The notes under the pieces: generated by a model
The model's input: the letters and a program-made list of their open reading frames with translations, nothing else
Databases searched by the model: none
Told to the model about the DNA's origin: nothing
DNA from: Eledone cirrhosa
Lineage: Eukaryota
Length of the DNA: 64,000 nucleotides
Assembly (NCBI GenBank): GCA_964016885.1
Contig: OZ024740.1
Coordinates: 369,086,001-369,150,000 of the forward strand
Direction of reading: 5' to 3'
In this document: positions 13,340-26,935 of the stretch, in pieces
Numbering within the stretch: position 1 is the first letter of the stretch
Layout: every line of letters starts with the position of its first letter
Position numbers and translations under genes: made by a program

Positions 13340-14058
13340 CATGGTGGCTGCCAACTCGTTTTCGAGTACGGCCACTACTTTATATCTATGTAGGAGAACC
13401 CCTACTGATGCGCTGAACGAGTGTGACTTTTTAGTCCAGTCAGTGACTTGAAAACTCTTGTACAAACACTACACTTGTGACAATTACTGACACATAGTGC
13501 TGGGCTCATGGTACCATGTGACGACAAGTGCAGAGAGATCTCCAGATATAAAGCAATGCCTGTGCCGTGAAGATTTTATAATGAGCAAGGCACTGCACAA
13601 AGCCAGTCTCACTCTCTTAAACAGGATGATATTTACCAAAAAGAAGAACAAGTCAACATCATTGGATACCATCAGGGTTGAAGGTGTTACATCAGAGTTT
13701 TCCTTCTCCTAGAATTCTGCCTTGACAAAGGCTAAGGGGTCATCTCTCCCGGTGATTTTGGATGGCCATTAACTCTTAAGAGCTGCTTTGCCCTTTGACA
13801 GGTTTTGTTTTTAGTCCTGCAGGATGTCCAAAGTCACCCTCCTCAGCAAGAAACCTTGGTGGGGTTGCCAGTTTAGTCACCAACGACCCGACCATGGGAC
13901 AGGTTATACTCGGATACATGTTACCAGTAGCACCAACTGGTGACCTGACATATACATAGATACATACATGCATACATACATACATACATACATACATACA
14001 TACATACATACATACATACATACATACATACATACATACATACATACATACATACATG
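13340..14058 (+). mobile_element. SINE-like retroposon with (CATA)n tail; homologous to 38840-39420
   Basis: Shared blocks gagtt..ccttctcctagaa..tgacaaaggcta and gtcctgcagg.tgtccaaa.tc..tttagtc.cc.acgacccgaccat, followed by (CATA)n. Confidence 0.6.
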
Positions 14059-14139
14059 GAAATATATATATATATAAATCGAAAAATGAAAGGAAATTTC
14101 ATTTCTTACTCTTAGTAGGGCTGTTTACTTAAATATAAG

Positions 14140-14478
14140 TATGTATACGTACATACATATAGGTATACAGAGGTATAGTAGTATGTATATATATACGTAC
14201 ATGCACACATAAATATATGTACGTATGGATTTACCGAACATTTATTTTAATGCTCGGTTTGTTTGTAAACAGACATCCCGAATTAAGCCGTACAGTGTTT
14301 AGCTACCATCGTTGTCCTTTTGTTCAACACTGACAAAGGTACGATGTACTAGTTTACCAAGCATTATAATAAATGTTCGGTAAATCCATACGTACATATA
14401 TATATATGTGTGCATGTATGTATATATATACATACTACTGTGCATCTGTATACATATATGTATGTACGTATACATATA
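14140..14478. repeat. Inverted repeat, ~115-bp arms with ~100-bp spacer
   Basis: tatgtacgtatggatttaccgaacatttatt..aatgct vs agcatt..aataaatgttcggtaaatccatacgtacata. Confidence 0.85.
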
Positions 14479-14489
14479 TATATATATAT

Positions 14490-15265
14490 GTAAAAAAGAA
14501 AAAATTTCGCTGAATGCAATAAATGCAAACTGAGTTTTTCGAATGTTAATAATAAGATTCGATTTTTGTTTGCAATTATGAAAACAAGCCTCAATTTTGT
14601 AGCCATGTATGTAGAATGAACACTTTATTCTTGCTCTTATCTTGGCATGAGATCAGAACTGCAGACACAATGTTTCTGGGTATCACCCTTTATCAGTGCA
14701 GCTCACGGTCATAGACATATTTATATGCATGGCTATAAAATTGATGCTTGTTTGCATAATTGCAAACAAATCGAAAGTTATTATTAACATTCGAAATACT
14801 CAGATTACAGTTATTGTATTCAGCCATGTAGAGCAACATTTTTCTTTTTGGGGATTTGAATTCGGCAAAGCCTGCCATTTATCGCTCGTATACAGGAAAC
14901 TGACTGGCAAGTCTGCTGATATGCAAATCTGGCTGATTAATGGAGCTGCTAATATGCAGATCTAACTGATCAGCCAGTCAGCTAATATGCAAAATCAGGT
15001 CGATTAGTCACCTTATTTTTTGAAAATACCATGTATTTTCACTATCTCTGACAGTTTGGCAGGTGAACAGTGAGCTGTACTGATGAAGGGTGATACCCAG
15101 AAACATTAGTATCTGCAGTTCTGTTCGCATGCCAACATAAGAGCAAGAATGAAGTGTTCATTCTACTGCCATGGGTATAAAATTGAGGCTTGTTTGCATA
15201 ATTGCAAACGCATCGAATGTTATTATTAACATTCGAAAAACTCAGATTACATTTATATATATATG
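14490..15265. mobile_element. Head-to-head PLE pseudo-LTR pair, each with a hammerhead, plus a third partial copy (14725-14825)
   Basis: 14518-14707 is the reverse complement of 15070-15255; HHRs at 14658-14702 (-) and 15074-15119 (+). Confidence 0.8.
15074..15119 (+). ncRNA. Minimal type I hammerhead ribozyme (mirror copy 14658-14702 on minus)
   Basis: Two-copy consensus gctgca-CTGATGA-a-gggt-gat-accc-a-GAAAC-5nt-GTC-tgcagt; each copy has one departure from consensus. Confidence 0.7.
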
Positions 15266-15294
15266 ATTACATACATATATATATATATATAGCG

Positions 15295-15626
15295 GCGATG
15301 AATTAGTTTTGTGAGGTTTTTTATATGAAATCGTGTGTCGAAACAGATATTGTTATATTTGGGGAGGGTCATATTTGCGTAATATTGCCAGAATTAATAA
15401 CAGAACACACTCACTGTTTGGTTGGTTTTCGCTTCTCGCTGTCTTTTATATATATATATCTGCGATCTAACTTACTCGGTCCTCAATGGCAACATTGAGG
15501 ACCGAGTAAGTTAGATCGCAGATATATATATATAAAAGACAGCGAGAAGCGAAAACCAACCAAACAGTGAGTGTGTTCTGTTATTAATTCTGGCAATATT
15601 ACGCAAATATGACCCTCCCCAAATAT

Positions 15627-15634
<8 letters not shown>
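15295..15634. mobile_element. Fold-back mini-element family B (142-bp arms, GCAA loop, extra left tail)
   Basis: Arms 15347-15488 and 15493-15634 look essentially perfect; terminus atgaccctccc(c)aaatataacaat is shared with 33868-33890, 55315-55340 and 59768-59793. Confidence 0.85.
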
Positions 15635-15680
<46 letters not shown>

Positions 15681-15682
<2 letters not shown>

Positions 15683-15835
15683 CAAAGGAAATGTTGTAAG
15701 GAGCCAGATGGACGATAACGCACCAGAGTACTCAATACTTAGGGTAGTAGAGTCGGAAATAGGACGGCTATTTCTGAACCAGAAATAGTCGTCAAAACGG
15801 CTTGAGCTCTGCCGTCGGGATCATATTTTTCGTAT
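15681..15835 (-). mobile_element. Fold-back mini-PLE family A copy 5 (internally deleted)
   Basis: Tail on left, gacggctatttctg-aac-cagaaatagtcgtc centre, right arm ends at ttcgtat. Confidence 0.75.
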
Positions 15836-16012
15836 GGGTTCAATCGGGGGTAAACACAGTAAGTAAGGTGCTCAATACATAGCAGAGTATAAATGTTTAA
15901 TATAGAAGAGCTTCTACAGTACTAGAACTGTTTCATTCGTGAGAAATCATCATGATGATTTCTCACGAATGAAAGAATTCTAGTCCTGAAGAAGCTCTTC
16001 TATATTAAATAT
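15836..16012. mobile_element. Fold-back mini-element folded at the hammerhead catalytic core
   Basis: Arms ~15895-15952 and 15953-16010, centre aatcatca|tgatgatt; arm reads TGATGA-tttc-tcac-gaat-GAAAC-agttcta-GTA. Confidence 0.7.
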
Positions 16013-16019
16013 ATATATA

Positions 16020-16290
16020 AATTATAATAGAATATAAAAGAAAAACGAACACAGACATATACATATTTGTGTTTAAATCGTAAGGGACCGGATTCGCTAA
16101 GGTGAAAAGATTACTAACTATAGCCAATTGGGTTTGCTTGTCTCAATTTAAGAAAACATTATAAAATAAATACAAACCGGAAGTATGGTAACTACCCAGC
16201 AACTTGTTGTTGCTTCGCAATGTAAATTGTGAATAGAATTACCAATTCAAGCTCATCAGTGGATGATGACTTAGTATCCTAGACACTTCT
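16020..16290 (-). mobile_element. PLE pseudo-LTR-like repeat with degenerate hammerhead; homologous to 54935-55150
   Basis: aacgaacacagacatatacatat..taaggtgaaaa..tactaacta..aaataaatacaaacc is shared in inverse orientation; minus strand has CTGATGAgc...gcGAA. Confidence 0.5.
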
Positions 16291-16479
16291 AAGTATATTA
16301 AGTAACTGAATAGTGTGCTATATATAAATCAGCTCACATGGTATCTTAGAGTGTCTCACAAACTTACACCACTAAAATTTAGCAGCCGGGTTTATTCAAC
16401 ATTTGAAATAGCTCAACAAATTAACGGAGCCGAATATATCAAAGATATATATTTTGAGTTCCTAACTCAATATATACCT

Positions 16480-16545
<66 letters not shown>

Positions 16546-16764
16546 CATATATATATATATATATATATATTGGTAAACGGAAAAGAAAATGCTGACAAAT
16601 TGTTCACAGTGAAAAATAGTTTAATTAGGAATAAGTGAGAATTAGTAATAGTATTGGTTAGTATTCAGTTTTGGTTTTAAGTTTTACCGGTTGCGCATTT
16701 CTAATGCTTTTAAACAATAATTTTGAGATAGAGCATCCGTAATGTTTGATCTAATTTATATGTA

Positions 16765-17006
<242 letters not shown>

Positions 17007-19619
17007 CATAGATATACTCAGAATATGCAAGCATATATTCTCTTATGTAATAAATGTTTCTCGAACAATATTTGCTTTTCTCAAGACTTTATTTCTGAAG
17101 TAATGACAAAAGAGGTTCTGGGCGCGTCTGTGTCCATGAGTAAGCCATTTGAAAAGTGACGAAAGCACCTTAACGAATAGGAAAGAAGAATTCCACCACA
17201 ACAAAGGGATATAAGAGGCGAGCCTGTCGAGTCGTATTCCTCTAATATTCAATAATTCATGAAATTATAATGAATTAAATATTGTGATTGTCTATGCAAA
17301 CAAATGCAATGTTATCTTACGAGTGTTCTCCCAAATAAATGTAAGTCATTGTTACCGGTATGTCTTGTGTGTGTGAGTGAAGGGTGGGGGTTGTAAAATA
17401 GGAAATTACCTAATTGATCCTTGCAAAATGATATCATTTCCTAAAATTATACAGAATTCAAATACGATGGAAATTTATGATAAATGCATTCTGACTCTGT
17501 AGCTCAATATATTGAATAATGACAGTTATGTGATGAAAGTAGGCGCTTAATTTGGACATTGCCCATACCCAGTAATTATTTCATCCAATCCGGAATGGGA
17601 TATACTGTATAAAACATATATATACTTGAAGTGAAACATAAACATTTATATAAAATATAAAAGCTTAGTATATTTGTCTCTATCGTCAAACTATACAAAC
17701 TATTCTGGGGATAAAGGAAATATTATTGTTAAGCATCTATAATTAATTTTAAATGGGAATTGAAACATAAAGTAAATTTCTAAGGAGCCGAGCATTTAGA
17801 TAATCTGTTTCTATTAATTATTGTACGGCTGATATTGTATTCTCATATAAACAGGTCATATTAGAATTATTCATCGGATTTTATTAAAACATAAAATACA
17901 TTAAAATAAAACTACCTAAAATAATATATGGATAGTATTTTAAACACCAATATGTCTGACATCGCAATCAATTTTCAAAGATTTCCCAAGTTGTCTATAA
18001 AAGAAAATCCATAACTAATTTATACGGCGCTAAGTAAACAAGTAAACAGATGACAGTGGGGCTATTTCTTTTGTTATGTATCGTTTAAATAATCATTGTT
18101 AATTTTGCGAATAATTGATTTTATAATTAGTTACAAGAAGAAATAGTTCCTATTAAAGCTGACTTGAAATATTTAATTCAAATGTAACATTTAGAATTAC
18201 AATAAGAGATCTGCCTAAATAGCGCCAATGCATCTTGAGTTTATTGATTTTTTTCAGTTCCTAATAAATGAAATATTTGTTCCTCCAGATTCTAAATACT
18301 GCTTTTATTTCATGTACCTGTCATATACTATTCTTTGATTTGAATGTCATTATAATGTTACTTTAATTTTTTGTTATTATGTAGGGAAAATACCTCATTA
18401 GAATGCACGACAAACTGCTCCTGTTTAAGTTTAGAACAATATACATTTGCTAGGGTTTAGGACAAACTAACTTTGTTATAATATGAAATATGCCTTGCAA
18501 TATTTCTCATGGCTCTGTGGAATGATTTCAAGATACACTCAAGATACAATTTTGTCTTTAGTTTTGTTGTATGGATAAAAAATTGTCTACGATTTAAAAT
18601 TGATTATATTATTATACGATTTCATGAACCAAATGAGGCACAATAATCGCCAATTTTTCCTCTGGTGTGAGTACGGCAAATTCATTCATCCACAACCATA
18701 CCAATCAAAGACAATACTGTGAGATATGTTGCTGTTTCTTACGCAATTCAAACACATGCTTAATTCCTAGTAACTCAGAAAATAAGCTCTGTCTGAAAAC
18801 ATGTGTACAATAATGTTTACATCAAGTATTATCAATGCAATAATTCCATAGAAACTTATTTAAGTTATAACTGGAATTAAAACAAAATCAGTGGGTCTTT
18901 GGTTCATAACAACTTATTTTCTAACAAGTAATGTCCTACCATATATTGTGTCAATGAGATGTTATACTATATTTTTGATGAAATAAATGAAATAACATGG
19001 TTTAATAAATAGGATCTTACTCTCAAATCTCTAAATCACTATTTTCACTTTCATGAGATATGAACTTACAAATATTATATAAGGAATAGTTCATTTTATT
19101 AAAGACCGATTTGCGAAACGAGTATCCTCGACACAGCATTAAAGTAAGCCGTAATACATTTATCGCTGATCCAACAGGTCTATGTTCACAGGCGTGTCAC
19201 CATTAGCTATCCTATACTATTGTAATTATCTCGGCATTCAATATGTAATGGATCAAATATTTTAAACTATGAGTTATGAATAGAATGATAATGGCATTAT
19301 TTCCGGTAGGTCGTAAGACCAAATAAACTCTTTATTGTTGCTTTGATAAGCTTACAAATACTGAACATGGTGAATTTCCACAATAACGAGAGGAGAGAGT
19401 TTATGACGAAGGCGTTGGACAGTCTGATGATGAATATTTCCGTGATTTGGATGATGATGATGATGGGATGATGAAGATAAGGATGAGAAGGCGGAGCATG
19501 ATGATGGTAATGGGGTGAAAAAGATGAGGAAATGAATGACGAAAGAGACAAAGATATAAAGGAGATTAAATTGAAGGCGGTGTTTGTTCTACTGTAATGA
19601 CAGTACTCTTCGTAATATA

Positions 19620-21370
19620 TGTGCAATGCCTATAGAGCTATTTTTGTATGTTGTATATATTTGTGAGACCAGGAGTTTTGGTTATGTACCTGTCTGCGTG
19701 CTGCTGTAATCATTCCCAGAGCACCTATAATTTTAGGTATTATTTCTATCTTCAACATCCACATTAGGCTTATTTTTATCTCTTGATCTTTATATGTGGA
19801 TAGTTTCTCTATTTCCTTTACAGTCATATGAACATTTGCTGCATCCGTTTAGTTCTCTCGAAGAATTTTTTTTTTTCAGGTCTTTTGTTAATTTTTGCGA
19901 TATTATTGCAGTTAGTGTCTTATATAATGTAGGCTGGCATGTTATGGGTCTGTAATTTGGGGAGTTTGCTATGTCATTCTTCTAGGGAATTGGGGTGTTT
20001 TTTTTTTTCTTTTTAGTGAGACAATCTGGTGTGTTTTCTGGCTCTGGCAGTATTTCATTAAACTCGTTGCGAGGGCTGCATGTGTCCCTGTCAAGTATTT
20101 TAGCCAAAGCTTTTGGATCTTATCATGTCCTGGAGCCTTATAATTGTCCGTTCTTTTTATTGTACTACACATATCATATGTTGTGATGTCTTCCCACAAT
20201 TGTTCAGGTGCTGTGTACGTTGCTCCTATTGTTTCTGTTTATTGTAATTTATCGTCTCCTTCCAATAATTTTATCCAGAACTCTTCAAATTCTTATACTT
20301 TTTGTGCTTCATTTACTTCTATTTTTCTCCTATTAAATTCCTGGTAGAATAATTTGGGGTTGGAGGGAAATAGCTGGTTTGATCAAAAGACTTTCGACGA
20401 TTTACATATCTCCGCATTCTTTGTGACTTTGCAAGTATGTTTAGGCATTTCTTAGTCTCCATGATTTCATTTTTTTGTTATATCACATTTCTTTAGTAAT
20501 TACTTTTACTTTCCTGTTCTTAGTTTAGTTGTTTTGTTTTTCCTATTTCGTTTAAGATTGAAAGGTCTTATCTTTTTTTTTCTATTGTTTATTGTATCTT
20601 TGATTTCCCTGTTTGTGTGGGTTTCGTTTTTCTTGCTTGTATAGTCCAAAGGGGTGACACACTTTTTTTCGTAACAAATGTGGTTGTTGCATTTATTATG
20701 ATATTTAGCAGTCGTGATACTGATGTTTATATTAGTATGTATTACAATATATGATAGCTAGAGTAGCTGTTTTTATAATTGTTGCTCTTTTATTATTAAT
20801 TTTTATCTTTGGCAGGTGCATTCTCTGGTCGATAGTGAGATCTTCTATAGTTTGGAATTCTTGGATTATTTCCATCTTTAACTTATCGTGGTCTTGAGTT
20901 TCGCCTTTAGGGATGGTGTTTTCTACATCTCACTACTCATAATACTTTTCGTTTGTATTGTTGGTTATGTTGTCCTGAATCTGATGCTGTTGGTTAGTAC
21001 CTGGAGCGTCTGTTGGTGTTGGGGTTTGTTCTGTATTGTTTAGTTTATCTGTTATGGGTATGTTGGTTTTATATTCATGTTATATTTTCTCGGTATATGT
21101 ACGTTCGTTAGTTGTGTGTTCGTTTTTTTATGCTATCGTTGTGCATCTGTGTTTGTATGCACTCTCTTTACGTGTCTGATATTTTAATTTGCTTTTGATA
21201 TATATCTCCTTAAATTTGTTAAATTGTTGGGGTTGAGATTTAAATCAGAGTGTGGGTGGCTTTTATCAAAATGTTATTAGTGTGCGTGGTTGTGTGTTCG
21301 TTCTTTTAGAACAATGTCGCTGTAAAGTATGCGTGTAAAATTGAAGCAAATTCCTCTAGTGTCCATTTAA
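19620..21370 (-). mobile_element. Highly degenerate R4/Dong-like LINE; RT core deleted
   Basis: IKRTDNYKAPGHDKIQKLWLKYLTGTH (pre-RT region) joined to KEIEKLSTYKD..IIPKIIGALGMI (RLE C-terminus). Confidence 0.7.
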
Positions 21371-21897
21371 CACATCAACAGCCTTCTAATAAATATTGTC
21401 TGTACTGGTAATCAAGGTGTGTATAGATTTGTGGGGACACCCCCAATATATATATATGGCACAGGATAACCATGTAATTTTTCTCTCTTAATACATACAC
21501 CTTATTTAGAATTCTAAGAAATGTTGTACTGGAACGGTTACTGGTCTGAACATTCATTGAAAAGTATTGGACCTTTAACTCTCTTCACTGAATTGTGAAA
21601 CAGCTCTACCCAAACTGTCTGGACGTTAATAGTTATCATAATCCGTTTGTAAATCTTGATTTACCCTTTTAATTGAGTTATGTGAACCGTATTATCTATA
21701 GTCAGTATTTTCTTCACCCTGGCGGTTTCCGTCCCTTGTGGTTTGAACGCACGCACAAACACACACACCCACATGTGTGTGTGTGTGTGTGTGTGTTCCT
21801 TTCTCTTTAATGTGTTATAATGCTCGGAACACTTTTTCCTTGAGCTCTTTTGATTATAAGGAGTTATTGTGAAGATTTTAAATCAATATATATTTTT

Positions 21898-21989
<92 letters not shown>

Positions 21990-21992
21990 TGT

Positions 21993-22121
21993 AACGAAGG
22001 AAGTGTGGTAATTAACCAGGTGGACCATAACGCACCAAAGTAATGGATACTGTGTAGTAGACTGGGTAATAGGAAAAGAATCAGGACCCCGACGGCTGAG
22101 CTCCGGCTAGCTCTCGAAACG
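21993..22121 (-). mobile_element. Fold-back mini-PLE family A copy 6 (collapsed hairpin)
   Basis: Family tail, then gaccccgacggctgagctccggctagctctcgaaacg, between (GT)n and (AT)n. Confidence 0.7.
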
Positions 22122-23249
22122 TATATATATATATATATATATATATGTTGACTCTCTTAATGTATAAATTAACCATTTTAAATCTGGCAATTGCTATTTT
22201 TCTTTGCCATCTAAAACCACGGCCTAAGAATTTATGATTGAATTAAATTACGTTTGCCTTTAAATGTAGTTGTGCTTATTACACTCTGCTTTACTATACA
22301 ATATGTATTATTATACCTAAATAAAACTTTTATAAATGAAGATCTGACAATTTGGATATTAGCCCTTATCTTCATATAGATATTTATGGTATCATATGAT
22401 TGAGATAATTTTATTTAAATCGATACGTGCATATATATACATATATATATTACAAGTCACTTCTTCAGAATTTATTCGTATTAATTAGCAAATTTTCATT
22501 TCCTCACACTCTCCAGCCTGCAGCAATAATTTTAAGCAGTTTCTCATATAAATTATTTCTTTCATTATATACACAGCACTTATTAGCATTTCCTGTTTTT
22601 TACGGTTTCATCTACGAATTAATACAACATATATGGAGTCACAGATATCCTAAAGAAACTCTTATAAAACATATTTATTATTTTTTTATACGTGCATTAA
22701 CCCAAAACGTGGCTGTCATTCCATATGCATTTTCCAGATAAGGATTAATTATTGCATCTTTTTGAGAGGATATTTATGTATGTGCACGTAGGAGGAACCA
22801 ATTTATTTCTATGGAGTGAGCTATGATACTTATCCTTTCTTCGAAATATTTTCTTGTATTATAAATTTAAAATAATTGTTGCATCATAAATAGCCTCCGC
22901 AAATCAAAAATTTGATTTGAATTGCAGTAACGTACTACTCGAATCGTCCTTCATTCTCGTACGGTACAGGGAAATATATATTGAACGGAAAATAACTGTT
23001 TTATGTTGTTAATGCTCAATAAATGACGTGGTGTGTTTAATTCATAATATCGTTATACGGTAAAAGATAGTAGATAACGAAGGACCATAAAGATCGGTCT
23101 GGTTTGAACGTATTAGACTTTATATAATGTGAAAATATTCCGAATACAAAATGCTGAATTTTCTTAATATATCAATGCTTTCAAAACTGTAACATATTGA
23201 GAGGTTCTCCTTGTCATTTCCTTCGTGTTCTTTGCCCAAATATCCATGA

Positions 23250-23500
23250 GAATTTTGGGAACCAGATTCCTCCATCATGCTTTTCAAAGCGTTTTATCAG
23301 AATAAGGCATCTCCATTTGATCCTGTTTTTATTCAACCATCTAAATATTGGCCTACATGTGGGACTCCTGCCAGTTATCGTTGCCGGTAAAAATCTTTTC
23401 AGAGTGTTTTCGGTTGTATGTCCATATTAACGGTGAATGTTCGATGCGTTGATGCGGAGAAGTAGCAGCTCTCATTGGAACGCCTGCAGAAACTTCTAGC
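23250..23500 (-). mobile_element. Possible old RTE LINE 3' fragment
   Basis: Minus translation LLLRI..ITGRSPTCRPIFRWL resembles RTE C-terminal GxRPRGRPxxRW. Confidence 0.35.
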
Positions 23501-23822
23501 TACGAACATTATCGAAGAACATCACTCGAATGGCTCTTCCGAGAAATGCCACAAGTCTTTCCACTATTGAGCACTTTAATTTCCGTAGGGACCACATCCT
23601 CTGAGAGGTTAGATTTCAGTTTCAGATGCATCTCATGCATATACAATTTGTAGAGCTTGAGGTAATCAGCAATATATTCTCAATACCTCGCCAGGATGCA
23701 CCTCACTTTAAAGGGAAAAACTCCAGAAAAGGTTCCAGATACAGGAGATTGTCTAGGCATTTAGAATTTTGCAATGGGGTGATGCACGAAGCTCCCTTTC
23801 TTTTCTTTTGTAGAATCGTATC

Positions 23823-23871
<49 letters not shown>

Positions 23872-25058
23872 ATGTGTGTGTGTGTGTGTGTGTGTGTATA
23901 TGAGTGTGCATTTGAAGTGGAGAATATCACACAATCTTTTAATGTGCATGGTTAAATGATTAATTAAGTGTTATAAATTTCATGTTACAGCATTCAATAT
24001 TCCATTGGATTTCGATGGTTGAATAGTTTAGAGAACACGTAGTGTGCTTGAAACCAAGAATTATCAGACGATTTAGTTTTCAATTGTAGCCAATCTATTC
24101 GACAAACCATGATGTTAATTTGAAATATGATATTCAGCCGCCAATATATCTCATTCAATCCACCTCAGTTGAAATTAAGAAGAGGGTGAATAACTCAGAT
24201 AATATTCTTTTGATATTATATATGAAAAATACCATTATCATTGTAAGTAAGAATATGAATAGCGATGTGCTTGAACAGAACTGACGAGAATATAAATAAC
24301 AAAATTGTCAACAATAAAAAAGGAGAACCAGAATATTGCTGAATAATGTTTTCTTAAGAAATTAATTAATGATACTTTTAGTTGTAGAAACAGAGGATTG
24401 TAAATGCGAAAATGGCTTAGAAATTTAATTAGTAATCAATGTGCTATATTAATCATATGAAGTTATTCCATATTCCTTGAATTGATGCCCCAAAGCGAAA
24501 CATAGCACAGCCGAGTTGAACTGAAACAATGCCAAATGTATATTAGATATTGAGAATATGGAATAGAGAAGTGAATTTTGGCAATGTAATGTAATCCACT
24601 TGTTTAATTATAACTTGTCAATTGAAGGTGATGAAATGGCTTGACATAAATGTTAGCGGTGTACAACGCAGTTGTTATCTCTTCAGTAAAATGCATTATG
24701 CATTAACATATAAGTGAGCAAATCGTTCGAAGAATTACATATTGCCAACATTGTTAAGTATATTTACTATTTGCTGTGCAAAACCACGTGTTTCATTGGA
24801 ATTTTATGTTGGTAATGTCACTTTAAAAAACTTTTTTTTGTAGGGTAATTTCTATAACGCTAACAGCTCTGTGAAAATACATAATTCCTGCTTAATAATA
24901 TGAAAACAATTTCAGGGATAACGCCCTCAAGAATACTACAAAACATGTGACCCTATCATGAAGAAATACTTATACTCATATAAATATATACATGCTCACA
25001 CGCCCACACAAACACACACACATATATATATATATGTGCGTGTGTATGTTTGGGCGTG

Positions 25059-25203
<145 letters not shown>

Positions 25204-25414
25204 GTGTGTGTGTGTATGTATGTGTTCTCGTTTTATTTTATAGAGATATGATTGTTTAATTGGAATTTAGATAACTGCAACAACTAATTACGTGCGCATA
25301 TATTAGTGTGTTTGCAGATACATGCGTCACTATGTTTCTACACTTGTACATGTATATATGCAGTTATTACTAGTCACATTCATGTATGTACATATATATA
25401 TATAATGATATTTG

Positions 25415-26935
25415 TATGTTCTTCTGGTTTTATAATTTCACACATGTTTTCCCAATAGAGAGAGTCGGTTTCTAACATAGACACAAGACTCCCTCCTTGG
25501 AATTTACACATCAACTAGGTAGATTATGTATGCATACATGCATGTGTAGATATTATTGTATGTGTGGATGTGGATGTTTTGGGTTGCATGTGTGTATGTG
25601 TATATGCTTTGTATCCGCACTCGTACATCTGCATATGCAGTTATTAGATTCAAATTTTTTGGAATGTTTTACATATTTTTACTGTTCCATTAATGGATTG
25701 AACTTGTAATTTCCTAACTAGTTATGTACTTTCTGCTCCTGTGAAGCCTAGCTCCTGAAGATTTGAATTGAGGCAGTTACTAACATATCCCAGGGCCCCA
25801 ATAATCACAGGCATAAATCTGAAAGTGTAATCAGAGTGGAGTATCTGCAGATTTATCATCAGTTCTGCATAAATATTCTCCTTTTCGCTAATCTTTGAAA
25901 TTATATTGGAATCTGCTGGGCAGCTAATTTCCACTACTGTGCATGCTTTCTTCTCCCTGTCCTATTTCATAATATCTGGTCTGTTGTGCCTGCATTTTAT
26001 TGGGGTTTGTACTGGAACATTCAACCAGTACTCTTTCATAGTATGTACGTGGATGTCTTCCACATTGCTGTAGCTTTTAATGTTTATTTTCGGGGCTATC
26101 TTTATTACGGACTGCATTGTACAGTGTTTTGGCCACTACATCATGCCTTATAGGTAGATAATACTGCGATGACATCTTTGGACAGCTGCTGATGACATGG
26201 ATGATATCCTCCATGTTAGTTCTGCAGAGTCTGCACTTGCATCCGTATCTCTTTTGTTAATCAGGTATTTCGTGTTAATCTCCTGTACTTGGATTGCAAA
26301 AGCGTATCCTTCAAAGTGAGAGCCAATATAGCGGTTGTTCGTCCATGATAGACTACTTTCCTTATCTATATTACTCTCACTCTGGAGCTTCCTGCCAACA
26401 TATCTATGCATGATTTCTTTGCTGATAAGCATGCAGTTTTTCATCCATTGATTCACTGCGATACTCTTGAGCGACTTCCCTGGGTATGCATTTTTGATTA
26501 TCTCACAGGGTATATCTCTCGAGGAGTTCCTTCCGCACTCACATGATCTTATCTATTTCATGCAAATAGACTTGCTCAAGAGACGATCTCCTCGGCTTCG
26601 AGGTTCGTAGATGTTGTCGGAGGGATATGATGCGACATTCAAATGATGTCTGGACTGTTGTTAGGCCTCTGCCCCCGCTTACGTTTGAAGTAAAGGCGGT
26701 CTATGTCACTGTTGATGTGGGAGTTTCCGGTGTTGTTTAGTATTTTTCGAGTTCCAACTTCAACTGCTCGGATTTCGTCTATCGTCCAGTTGAGTATTCC
26801 AAACGTTGGTGTTTGGACAGGCACAGCAAACACATTGTGAGCCACTGTTTTGTTTTGCTCAGAGAGTTCCGATGACCAAATCTTTCTTAATCGGGTGTAG
26901 TATTCCCTGGTTACGCGTTCCTTACCATTATAGGA
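25415..26935 (-). mobile_element. 5'-truncated R4/Dong-like LINE (same family as 34733-38820)
   Basis: ISYNGKERVTREYYTRLRKIWSSEL.., GSHFEGYAFAIQ, EISCPAD..PVIIGALGYV; 3' UTR matches 38590-38820; (TATG)n at the 5' junction. Confidence 0.9.
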
